Below, in pieces: positions 36,920-46,700 of a stretch of DNA of 64,000 nucleotides. The DNA is from a bacterium CG_4_9_14_3_um_filter_65_15. Its GTDB lineage: Bacteria; Krumholzibacteriota; Krumholzibacteriia; LZORAL124-64-63. The notes below the pieces were generated by a model that was not told the origin of the DNA, did no database searches, and saw nothing but the letters and a program-made list of their open reading frames with translations. Position 1 is the stretch's first letter; each line of letters begins with the position of its first letter. The stretch spans positions 4,308-68,307 of the forward strand of contig PFVX01000022.1 of NCBI GenBank assembly GCA_002790835.1, written 5' to 3'. The position numbers and the translations under genes are program-made.

Positions 36920-38677
36920 ATGACAGGAGAAACCTGTCAAAATGGCACTCATGCCAGACAAAGGGTCCGAAGTGGTCTGACAATTCTGGCATTCGGGTTG
37001 TGCCTGGGGGCGGTCACTGCGGCCCGGGCCGAAACGGCTCCTGTGGATTCCCTATCGGTGGGCGAAATCCAGATCCGGCAGAGGTCCATTTTCTCGGCTG
37101 AAGAGGAACAATCGGGCACGCTGCTGGTGGGTACCGTTCGCCGTCTCATGAACCGGTTGCATTTCAATACCCGCAAGTGGGTCATCCGCCGGGAACTCCT
37201 GTTCCGGACCGGCGAACCGCTGCGGCCGAACCTGTTGGCGGAAACCGAGCGCAACCTCCGTACCCTGGGCTTCCTCAACGATATCCGCGTTCAACCCACC
37301 GACACCCTGGCGGGCGGCCGGGTGCCCGTGGAGGTTTCGCTCCGGGAATCCTGGTCCCTCAGAACGGATTTCTCCTACACTCAGGCCTCCGGCGGCGACT
37401 CGCGGTGGAACGTGCAGATGTCGGACAACAATTTTCTGGGCTACGGCGTGACCATGGGGGCGGGGGTCGGCGGAGATGAGGACGCGGGGTTTTGGAACCT
37501 GTGGTATCGCCAGCGACGTTTTCTGGGCACGGAGCTGTACTTCGGGATGGACGACCGCGAACGGGATGACGGTTACATCCGGGAGATCTTCATCCACCGC
37601 CCGTTCTGGGCCGAAGGCGACCGCTGGGGCCTGGAAACCCGCTATTGGGATCATTCCCTGAACGAGCGCTACTACCTGAGCAACGGCGGTCCGGCCGGCG
37701 TGGATCCGGAACGACCGTCCAGCCTCTATGCCCTGCTTTCCCGCCGGGAAAAGGGGGCGGAAATCAGTGTGTTGTTACGGGCCGGCCGGAGCGATGAGGG
37801 CCGGATCTGGCGTCCGGGTCTGGGGGCGCGCTGGACCGAGACCCGCCTGGATCCGGGTGCGGGTTCCCGGGTCCTTTCCGATGGCTGCGTGATGGATCTG
37901 GCCTGGCTGGCCGGTCCGGACCAGCCGTTGGGCCGCGATGACGGCACCACGGTGTGGCCCTACTTCCGGCTGCACACGCGTGGGCGGGGCTGGACCAAGG
38001 AACGGTTTATCCTGCATTATGGAGCGGTGGAGGACATCAACCTGACTCCGGTGGCGGACGTCAAAGTGGGCCCGGTGCTCGCGGCCCTGGGCACCGATAC
38101 CGCCTCGGGTGAGGATCGCTGGCGGGCCGAGGGCATCTGGGAACAGTGGGTGGTGTCGGGCCCGGGCGTGATCCTTTTGCACGGCAGCGCCGAGGCGGAG
38201 TGGGGCGCGGCGGCGGCCGACTATCACCGCTATTCCCTTCTGGCCGGCTGGATGGGACACTGGGGAGCTGAGGATACGCCGTGGCTGACGCGGGCCTTCG
38301 CGGAATACGGCCACGGGCAGGCGCTGGTCGGCTCCCGGGCCTTTACCCTGGGACTGGATCAGGGTCTGCGGACCCTGGAGTTCGACGGCATGGCCGGTGA
38401 CCGGCTCCTGCGTTGGACACTTGAGGAGGGCAAGGTGCTTCCCGGTGAAATGCTGGGCATGTTCCGCTACGGGCTGGGAGCCTTCTTCGCCTCCGGCGCA
38501 GCCTGGTGGCAGGACGAGGACCGGGACTCCGGCGACGCCCGCCACGAAGTCGGGTTCGGCTTGCGTTTCGGACCCACCCGGTCGGCCAATGCTGCCACCG
38601 GGCGCATCGACGTTGTCTGGGACCTCGATCATGGCGACGGTCCGGTGTTGACCGCCACCACGCAGGGATTCTTCTGA
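36920..38677 (+). CDS. Omp85/BamA-like outer-membrane protein with one POTRA domain
   Basis: Signal peptide ending ARA; TRKWVIRRELLFRTGE...ETERNLRTLGFL POTRA, NFLGYG, GLRTL and C-terminal FF. Start uncertain; the ORF-track start at 36722 is unlikely. Confidence 0.8.
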   Translation: MTGETCQNGTHARQRVRSGLTILAFGLCLGAVTAARAETAPVDSLSVGEIQIRQRSIFSAEEEQSGTLLVGTVRRLMNRLHFNTRKWVIRRELLFRTGEPLRPNLLAETERNLRTLGFLNDIRVQPTDTLAGGRVPVEVSLRESWSLRTDFSYTQASGGDSRWNVQMSDNNFLGYGVTMGAGVGGDEDAGFWNLWYRQRRFLGTELYFGMDDRERDDGYIREIFIHRPFWAEGDRWGLETRYWDHSLNERYYLSNGGPAGVDPERPSSLYALLSRREKGAEISVLLRAGRSDEGRIWRPGLGARWTETRLDPGAGSRVLSDGCVMDLAWLAGPDQPLGRDDGTTVWPYFRLHTRGRGWTKERFILHYGAVEDINLTPVADVKVGPVLAALGTDTASGEDRWRAEGIWEQWVVSGPGVILLHGSAEAEWGAAAADYHRYSLLAGWMGHWGAEDTPWLTRAFAEYGHGQALVGSRAFTLGLDQGLRTLEFDGMAGDRLLRWTLEEGKVLPGEMLGMFRYGLGAFFASGAAWWQDEDRDSGDARHEVGFGLRFGPTRSANAATGRIDVVWDLDHGDGPVLTATTQGFF

Positions 38678-40203
38678 TGAACGTGACCGCCAGACCCGAT
38701 GCATCCCGCAGTGTGGCCAAGAACACCCTGCTGCTGACCCTGGGGCTGTTGTCCGGCCGAGCTCTGGGCGTGATCCTGATCCGCAAGATGACCCCCATCC
38801 TGGGGACCGAGGGCATCGGGGTCTGGGGCGCGGCGGTGGACATCTCCGCCATTTTGCAGGTGGTCACCAACTTCGGCCTGGGCACCCTGCTGACCCGCGA
38901 GATCACGCGCGCCCGGGGCATGACCCTGCACCTGTTCTGGAACACGCTCAAGGTGCGTTGGCTGATCGCCGCGGCCTGCTACCTGATCCTGTTGCTCTAC
39001 GTGGGCGCGGGGAGCTTCACGGACCTGGCGCGTCAGGCCACACTGATCATGGGGTTGGCCATCTTCATCGAGGGCACGAGCATGGCCTGCGACGCCGTGT
39101 TGCAGGCCCACGAAAAGGTGCAGTACCAATCCCTGGGCCAGATCCTTTCCGCCCTGGTCTACTTCGTCCTGGGGTGGCTGTGGCTGGATGCGGGCCACGG
39201 TCTGATGGGTGTGATCTACGCCAACATGATCAGCCGCGTCGTGCGCCTGGCGATCATGGCGCCGCTGATGTTCATGACCACGGGTCCCTGGCGGCGGAGC
39301 GCCGAGGGGGAACAGGCTCCGGATCTGCGCTGGATGATGAAGCTGGGCCTGCCCCTGTTCCTGGCCACCACCTTCGGCATCGTCTACACCAAGATCGACA
39401 CGGTGATGCTGCGTCAGATGGTCGGGGATTCGGCGGCGGGAATCTACGTGTTGGGCCGGCGGGCCCTGGACCTGATGCTCATCCTGCCCAACATCTTCGG
39501 GACGGCCCTGTTTCCGGCCATGGCGCGCTACGGCATGAAGGACTCCGCCGACACGATCCGCCTGGGAGAGCGTTCCCTGCGCCTGATGATCACCCTGATG
39601 CTCCCGCTGACCCTGTTTCTGACCTTCACCGCCGGACCGATCATCCGCTTGCTGGACCCCAGCAGCGGCTTTGCCGATTCGGTGCCCGTCCTGATGATCG
39701 TGATCTGGGGCTTGCCGCTGCAGGCGGCGAACATCGTCTTCAACCGCATGCTGATCACGGCGGACCGCGAACGGGCCTTCATCTTCATCGGCCTGTTCTC
39801 CATGCTGGTCAACATCACCCTCAACACGCTGTGGATCCCGCGCTACCTGTATATCGGGGCGGCGGCCGCGACCATCGTCAGCATGACCGTCAGTTTCCTG
39901 CTGCACCTGCGCTACCTGGTGCGCTCGGGTTACCGCCCGCCGTTCCGCCTGGCCATCGGCGGCCCCGTGCTGGCCACGGCCGCGGCCTGGTTCGGCAGCG
40001 TGGGGGTGTGGAGCCTGCTGCGCCCCCAGTGGGGATGCGATGTCTTGTCCCTGCCCCTGCAGGACGGATGGTGGCCCTTCCTGGCGGTGACCGCAACGAC
40101 GGGGGTTCTCTACGTGGGATTCCTGTTTCTGCTGAGGGTGATCCGGGCGGAAGATCTCCGGGTTCTGCAGAATCTGCTCAAACCGGGGAAACTCGCGGGT
40201 TGA
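38677..40203 (+). CDS. Wzx/RfbX polysaccharide flippase
   Basis: ATG overlaps the upstream TGA; VAKNTLLL, FGLGTLLTREI, KIDTVML, ALFPAMAR and GAAAAT. Confidence 0.88.
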   Translation: MNVTARPDASRSVAKNTLLLTLGLLSGRALGVILIRKMTPILGTEGIGVWGAAVDISAILQVVTNFGLGTLLTREITRARGMTLHLFWNTLKVRWLIAAACYLILLLYVGAGSFTDLARQATLIMGLAIFIEGTSMACDAVLQAHEKVQYQSLGQILSALVYFVLGWLWLDAGHGLMGVIYANMISRVVRLAIMAPLMFMTTGPWRRSAEGEQAPDLRWMMKLGLPLFLATTFGIVYTKIDTVMLRQMVGDSAAGIYVLGRRALDLMLILPNIFGTALFPAMARYGMKDSADTIRLGERSLRLMITLMLPLTLFLTFTAGPIIRLLDPSSGFADSVPVLMIVIWGLPLQAANIVFNRMLITADRERAFIFIGLFSMLVNITLNTLWIPRYLYIGAAAATIVSMTVSFLLHLRYLVRSGYRPPFRLAIGGPVLATAAAWFGSVGVWSLLRPQWGCDVLSLPLQDGWWPFLAVTATTGVLYVGFLFLLRVIRAEDLRVLQNLLKPGKLAG

Positions 40204-40285
40204 TTTCGGTACCTCGCTTCGTGTATTCGTAGGAGACCCGCATCGGGTTTGCAGCATCCCAGTTCCCGAGACCGGAAAGGTCCTC

Positions 40286-41953
40286 ATGCAACAGCTCAAC
40301 GATTTCGCCGCCGGCCTGTCGGGCACGGTCTGGGGCTGGCCCGCGGCCTTTCCCCTCATGGTCGCCGCCCTGCTGCTGACCGGACTGGTGATGACCGCGA
40401 CACTGCGGTTCATCCAGTTGCGCCGGCTCAAGCACAGCTTCGACGTGATCCGCGGCAAGTACGACGACCCCTCCCATGAAGGGGACCTTTCCCACTTCCA
40501 GGCCCTGACCACGGCCCTGTCGGCCACCGTCGGCATCGGCAACATCGCCGGCGTCGCCACCGCCCTGCACTATGGCGGTCCCGGCGCGCTGTTCTGGATG
40601 TGGGTGACGGCGGTCTTCGGCATGGCGTTGAAGTTCTCCGAGTGCACCTTGTCCCAGAAGTTCCGCGTGATCCTGCCCGACGGCAGCGCCTCCGGCGGTC
40701 CCATGTATTACATCGAAAAGGGATTGGGGCGGTCCTGGAAGCCCCTGGCGGTGGCGTTTGCTGTGTGCGCCGTGATCTCCAGTTTCGGGTCCGGCAACAG
40801 CATCCAGGCCTTCACCGTTGCGGATCAGATCCGCGCCGACCTGGGCGTTCCGACCTGGATCACGGGGCTCCTGTCCGCCGGCCTGGTGGCTGCGGTGATC
40901 CTGGGCGGCATCAAGCGCATCGGCTCGGTGACCAGCCGGCTGGTCCCTTACATGGCCGTGATCTACGTGACCGGAGGGCTGCTGGTCCTGGTGCTGAACT
41001 TCGCGGCCTTGCCCGGAGTGCTGGCCGACATCCTGACCTCGGCCTTCCAGCCGGCGGCCCAGCTGGGCGGTTTCGCCGGCGGCTCGTTCATCTTCATGCT
41101 CACCTGGGGCGTCAAGCGGGGGCTGTTCTCCAACGAATCGGGCCAGGGTTCGGCTCCCATCGCCCACGCCGCAGCCAAGACGGACGAGCCGGTGCGCGAG
41201 GGCGTGGTGGCCATGCTGGGGCCGTTGATCGACACCCTGATCATCTGCTCCATCACCGGTCTGGTGATCCTGACGACGGGCGTGTGGCACGAAAAGATGG
41301 CGGACGAGATCCCCGTCAACGCCCAGTCGGCCATTTCGGCCATTGCCCTGGACGCCGAGATCGCCACCGACGGCCAGGTGCGCGGAGTCGACCTCTTCAG
41401 CGGCGAGGTGACGTGCCGGGACGGAGTGCCGGCCGGTTTGCAGCTGGTCCGCAACCATTCGGTGGTGGACGGGCCCCGGCTGTTGCTGTCCGACGGCTCG
41501 GGCTTCACGGGTGATTTGACGGTCAAGGAGGGGAGCCTGGAAACGGACAGCCTTCCGGGTCTCACCTTGACCGGCTTCATGGCCCAGAACGGGTCCCCCC
41601 TGACCGCATGGGCCTTCCAGAAAGGCCTGTCGCGATTCGGCGGCTGGGGCCACTACCTCATCACCCTGGCGGTGGTGCTGTTCGGCATCTCCACGGCCAT
41701 CAGCTGGAGCTATTACGGCGACCGCGCGGTGGTCTACCTGTTCGGCACACGCTATGTCGTCTTCTACAAGCTGGTATTCGTCCTCATGAATTTCCTGGGG
41801 GCCATTTTCTCGCTGGAGATGGTCTGGAATTTCGGAGACACTGCCCTGGGTTTGATGGCCCTGCCCAACCTGATCGGCCTGGTTTTCCTGTCCCGGAAGG
41901 TCAAGGGCATGAGCGATGAGTACTTCGCGCGGGAGCAAGTACCCCTGCGTTGA
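40286..41953 (+). CDS. Sodium:alanine/glycine symporter (AGCS family) with a periplasmic insertion
   Basis: ATVGIGNIAGVA, GGPGALFWMW, GGPMYYI, RGLFSNESGQGSAPIAH and WSYYG. Confidence 0.93.
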   Translation: MQQLNDFAAGLSGTVWGWPAAFPLMVAALLLTGLVMTATLRFIQLRRLKHSFDVIRGKYDDPSHEGDLSHFQALTTALSATVGIGNIAGVATALHYGGPGALFWMWVTAVFGMALKFSECTLSQKFRVILPDGSASGGPMYYIEKGLGRSWKPLAVAFAVCAVISSFGSGNSIQAFTVADQIRADLGVPTWITGLLSAGLVAAVILGGIKRIGSVTSRLVPYMAVIYVTGGLLVLVLNFAALPGVLADILTSAFQPAAQLGGFAGGSFIFMLTWGVKRGLFSNESGQGSAPIAHAAAKTDEPVREGVVAMLGPLIDTLIICSITGLVILTTGVWHEKMADEIPVNAQSAISAIALDAEIATDGQVRGVDLFSGEVTCRDGVPAGLQLVRNHSVVDGPRLLLSDGSGFTGDLTVKEGSLETDSLPGLTLTGFMAQNGSPLTAWAFQKGLSRFGGWGHYLITLAVVLFGISTAISWSYYGDRAVVYLFGTRYVVFYKLVFVLMNFLGAIFSLEMVWNFGDTALGLMALPNLIGLVFLSRKVKGMSDEYFAREQVPLR

Positions 41954-42867
41954 AACCCTGGCCCGGTAACCGCTGCGACCCGGTTCGCGGCAAACTCGAG
42001 GTGCCCGACATCATGAGCAAAGCAACCGTTCCCGAGGCCGACCTCAAGCTGCGGCAGGCGAAATTGGCGAGCCGGAGTGAATTGACCGCCCGCAACTCCG
42101 AGCGACACTGGCTGTACGAGCAGTCCGTGCAGAACGTCGAGTTCGAAGTCGGCTTCATCGAGAGGGTCTACCGCAAGGAATTCGGCCACCGGCCCCATTC
42201 GCTGCGGGAGGACTTCTGCGGGACCGCGCTGCTGAGCGCCGCCTGGGTGGCCCGGCGTCGCGACAATATCGCCCTGGGCGTCGACCTCGACGGTCCGACC
42301 CTGGACTGGGGCCGCCGCAACAACCTGGCTCCGCTGGGTGAGCGTGGGGCGGCGGTGACCCTGATCGAGGACGACGTGCGCAACGTCGCCGGTCCGCCTG
42401 TGGAGGTGACCGCGGCCACCAACTTCAGCTGGTGGGGCTTCAAGACGCGCGCCGAACTCCAGGCCTATTTCCAGTCCGCCTGCGCGGGGCTGGCCGACGA
42501 GGGCATGCTGCTGCTGGATTGCTTCGGCGGGCCGGAAGCCCAGGTGCCGCAGATCGAGGAGCGCGAACTGGAGGGGTTCACCTACCTGTGGGACCAGGAT
42601 GATTTCAATCCCATCACCAACGAGATCCGTTGCATGATCCATTTCGATTTTCCCGACGGCAGCCGCATGAAAAACGCCTTCCGTTACGATTGGCGCTTGT
42701 GGACCCTGCCGGAAACATGCGAAATTTTGCGCGCCAGCGGTTTTCGCAAGACCGTGGTTTACTGGGAAGGCACCGATGGGGACGGCGATCCCAGCGGGGT
42801 GTTCCGCCCCAGTACCAAAGGTGATCTGGCACCAGCTTGGGTGGCCTACATTCTGGCATTCCGATGA
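41950..42867 (+). CDS. Class I SAM-dependent methyltransferase
   Basis: LREDFCGTA motif-I variant, GVDLD and YDWRLWT. Start could be the ATG at 42013. Confidence 0.8.
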   Translation: MKPWPGNRCDPVRGKLEVPDIMSKATVPEADLKLRQAKLASRSELTARNSERHWLYEQSVQNVEFEVGFIERVYRKEFGHRPHSLREDFCGTALLSAAWVARRRDNIALGVDLDGPTLDWGRRNNLAPLGERGAAVTLIEDDVRNVAGPPVEVTAATNFSWWGFKTRAELQAYFQSACAGLADEGMLLLDCFGGPEAQVPQIEERELEGFTYLWDQDDFNPITNEIRCMIHFDFPDGSRMKNAFRYDWRLWTLPETCEILRASGFRKTVVYWEGTDGDGDPSGVFRPSTKGDLAPAWVAYILAFR

Positions 42868-42926
42868 AACAACAAGGACCCGGTGAATCCGGCGCCGGTG
42901 GACCGGCGGATCATGGGGGCGACAAC

Positions 42927-43205
42927 ATGGACTTCAAGGTCTGCGCACAGTGCGGTGGCGAAATCGAGGGACAGGGCGTCCTGTTCAAGAAGAAGCATTT
43001 CTGCTGTGACGAGTGCTGCGAGGAATTCGAGGATCTGCTGCTGGTTGGCAATGGTCCCGATCCGGTTGATCTGGATCTCGGCGACGATGTGGACATCGAG
43101 GACGAGAGCATGGATGATTCCGCCGATCTGGAAGATCTGGACGAGGATCTGGACCTGGACCTGGACGATCTGGACGAGGACCTGGATCTCGACGATGACT
43201 TCTGA
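42927..43205 (+). CDS. Small Cys-rich (TRASH/zinc-finger-like) protein with a highly acidic tail
   Basis: MDFKVCAQCGGEI...HFCCDECCEEF followed by D/E/L repeats. Confidence 0.7.
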   Translation: MDFKVCAQCGGEIEGQGVLFKKKHFCCDECCEEFEDLLLVGNGPDPVDLDLGDDVDIEDESMDDSADLEDLDEDLDLDLDDLDEDLDLDDDF

Positions 43206-43235
43206 GCCCTCAAGCGGGAAGTTGCCGGGATAGAG

Positions 43236-43261
43236 GAAGCCGTCCCCAAGGGGACGGCTTC
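43236..43261. terminator. GC-rich hairpin between convergent genes (possibly bidirectional terminator)
   Basis: GAAGCCGTCCCC-AA-GGGGACGGCTTC; no strong U-tract on either side. Confidence 0.6.
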
Positions 43262-43293
43262 GTCGTGCTGCTCAGTGGTTCGCGGGGCTGTGA

Positions 43294-43650
43294 TCAGCCG
43301 CAGCCGCTGCAGCCTCCGCTGTTGCAGTCGCCGGCTCCCGCCGCGCCCAGGGTGAGCATATAGCCCTTGCGGTAGGCCTCGTTCACGTAATCGATGGTCA
43401 GGCCGCCGCTCTGCTGCAGAATTTCTTCGGTCTGGTTGTCCAGCAGGAACTTGATCCCGTTGTTTTCGACGACCTTGTCGTCATCCTTTGGCTCATCCAG
43501 AGCCATGCCGATTGACGGCCCACCTCAGCCGAAGCCCTGGACGAAGAGACGGACGCCCTTGCCCGCATACTCGTTCCAGTCGAATCCGCCGAAAGCCTCG
43601 TCGGCCGTGGCGGAGACATTGATCAATTCAGCAACACTCACATCTACCAT
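43294..43650 (-). CDS. HesB/IscA-like selenoprotein
   Basis: Reading through the in-frame TGA (43525-43527) gives ...KGVRLFVQGFG-U-GGPSIGMALDEPKDDD...CNSGGCSGCG. Start is ATG 43650 or GTG 43641. Confidence 0.88.
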
Positions 43651-43791
43651 CCTCAAGTGGTGGCCCACCGCAGGGGCGGGCCGAAATCCATCAGATTCCC
43701 CCAAGCGCTCAATCGCCAGGGGGCTGATTCACCTTATCGGCACCAATCAAACATCTTTTCGCAAAAAAGCAACTTCCCGGCGATTCGGACC

Positions 43792-46700
43792 TCAGGCCCG
43801 GGGTGGGTTGTCCAGAGCCTCCTGTGCGTGATCCGGTTCGAGCCCGAACAGGTGCTTGAAATCCACCAGGAGCGTGAAGCTGACCGGCACCAGGATCAGG
43901 GTGATGGCCGTGGAGAACATGACCCCGAAGCCCAGGCTGGTGGCCATGGGAATCAGGAATTTGGCCTGCAGGCTTTTTTCGAGGAGCAACGGAGTCAAAC
44001 CGGCGAACGTGGTCACCGACGTCAGCATGATGGGTCGGAATCGGCGCTGGCCGGCTCCCATGACCGCCTCGCGCAGGGGTGTGCCGGATCGGTAGGACCG
44101 GTTGATGAAATCGACCATGATCAACGAGTCGTTGACCACGACCCCGGTCAGGGCCACCAGTCCGAACATGCTGATCATGGTGAGGTTCATGCCCATCAGC
44201 AGGTGGCCCCAGATGGCACCGACGATGCCGAAGGGGATGGCGGTCATGATGATCAATGGCTGCATGTACGAGCGGAACAGCACGGCCAGCAGGGCGAAGA
44301 TCAGCAGCAGGGCGAACAGGAAACCGCTGCGCAGGCTGCCCAGGGAGTCCGCCTGGTCCTTGGCCTGACCTTCCATGCTGTAGCTGAGGCCGGGATAGGC
44401 GGCAATGAGGTCGGGCAGGATGTTCTGGCGCAGATCCCGGTTGACCTCGTCGGCGTTGGCGAGGGCCTGGTTCACATCCGCGGTGACGTTGACCACCCGC
44501 TGGCGGTTGGACCGCTGGATGGACGCGAAGCCCCGTCCCATGGTCACCTCGGCCACCTGGGAAAACGGGACCTCGGAACCGCCGGGAGTGCGGATGCGCA
44601 TGTTTTCGATGTCGCCGAGGGAACGACGGTCGTCCTCGGGATAGCGGACCATGACCTTCACCTCGTCGCGGCCGCGCTGGATCCGCATGGCCTCGGCGCC
44701 GTAGAACCCGGAGCGGACCTGGGAGGCCAGATCCGCGAGGGTCAGGCCCAGGGGGCGCGCGCCGGGCATGAGCTTCAGCTTCATCTCCACCTTGCCCTCG
44801 CGAAAGCTGTCCGAGATGTCCTGCACGCCGGGGTAGGCTGCGAGTTTCTCCTTGAGGACGTTTCCGGCGCTGGTGAGGTCATCGCTGCCCGACGAGGTCA
44901 ACTGGACGAAGATGGGGCTGCCGCCGTGGAAAAGGTCGGCGCTGAAACCCAGGGCCACCGCGCCGGTGATGGGTCCGCAGTTCCGGCGCCAGCGGTCGGC
45001 CATGGCCCGGCTCGGAACGCCGCGGATTTCCGCAGGCAGCAATTCGGCATTGACCTCCACCAGATAGGCGCCCCCGGGTGTGGTGCCGCCGCTCCGCTCG
45101 TTGGCCTGGGGCTGGGAACCGACGTTGGTCGAAACGTGATTCACCAAGGGCGGCGCGTCGGCGGGGCGGTCGGCTGCGTACACCTCCAGGGTCTGCTGCA
45201 GGGATAGCTCGAGCTGTTCGGCGGCGGCCCGCGCCTCGGCCATGGTGGCGCCCTGGGGCAGGGTCAGGTCGGCGATCAGGTTGTCCGCGTCCACCGGCGG
45301 CATGAAGACGAACTTCAGATGACCTCCGGCAAACCAGCTGACGGTGACCAGCAGGGTGCCGACGGCGAGGGCCACGACCAGGGCCCGGTTCTTCAGGGCG
45401 AAATTCAGGCTGGTGCGGTAGGTCTTGTCCCGCAGTTCATCCATGCGGCCCTCGAAGCCGTCCTTGATCCTGGCGTACCAGCGGGGTCGGGGATCGTTCG
45501 GGACGACGCCGGCTTCGACCCGACGCACGCGGATGGTGGCCAGGTGGGCCGGCAGGATCAGCAGGGATTCGGTGAGGGAGAATACGAGGATGGCGATGAC
45601 CACCACCGGGATGTTGAACATGAACTTGCCCATCATGCCCTCGACGAAGGCCAGGGGCAGGAAGGCCGCCACGGTGGTCATGACCGCGAAGACCACCGGT
45701 CCGGCCACTTCCCGTGTGCCCAGGGTGGCGGCGCTCTGGGCGTCGTGCCCGCGTTTGCGGAAGGTGAAGACGTTTTCGCCGACCACGATGGCGTCGTCCA
45801 CCACGATACCGAGGGAAACGATGAACGCGAACATGCTGATCATGTTGAGCGACACCCCGAACCAGGGGATCACCCACAGGGCGCCCAGGAACGAGACCAG
45901 GATGCCCGAGCTGACCCACAGGGCGAGACGGAACTCCAGGGACAGCGCCAGGACCAGGAACACGAGCACCAGACCCATGGCGCCGTTCTTCAGCAGCAGG
46001 TCCATGCGGCTTTTGTAAATGGCCGAGCGGTCGTGCCACGTGGTGATGCCGATGCCCGGGGGCAGGTCGCCCGCTAGGTCCTCGATGTAGGATTTCACGA
46101 GCTTGGTCACTTCCAGGACGCCCTGGTCGCCGGTGCGGTAGACCGAGACCATGGCGGCGGGCCGGCCGTCGAGATAGGTGGCGACGTCCACGTCCTCGAA
46201 ACCGTCCCGGATGGTGGCCAGCTGGGACAAGGGGACCCGCGAGCCGTCGGGCGCGGTGACCACCACGATGTTCCCGAACTCCTCACCGGTATAGAGTTGC
46301 CCCTGGGTGCGCACCAGGATTTCCCCCACGTCGGTCTTGACGCTGCCGCCGGGCAGGTCGAGGCTGCCGGTCTGCACCGCGCGGGTGACGGCGGCGAGGG
46401 TCAGATCGTATTTGCGCAGGGCCTTCTCGCTGACCTCGATGGAGATCTCGAAAGGGCGGGTTCCGTTGGTCACGGCGTAGGAGATGGTGTTGGTGCCCAG
46501 CAGGTCGTCGCGCACCCGGTCGGCCACCAGCTTCAGTGTCTTCTCGTCGGTGTCACCGTAGAGATAGATGTCGATGGCCTGTTGCTTGCGCTCCATCAGG
46601 GAGATGATGGGTTTCTCGGTTTCCTTGGGAAAGGTGATGATGCGGTCCACGGCGGCCTTGACGTCGTCCAGGGCCTGCCGCTTGTCGGCGCTGCGCAGCA

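Noticed and set aside
40204-40285. Glycine riboswitch upstream of the Ala/Gly symporter
   Set aside because: The gap is ~80 bp; GGAGA is present but CCGAAG and CUCUCAGG core motifs are absent.
43120-43200. Short tandem repeats as a CRISPR or non-coding VNTR
   Set aside because: They are in-frame Asp-Leu codon repeats with no spacers and no cas genes.
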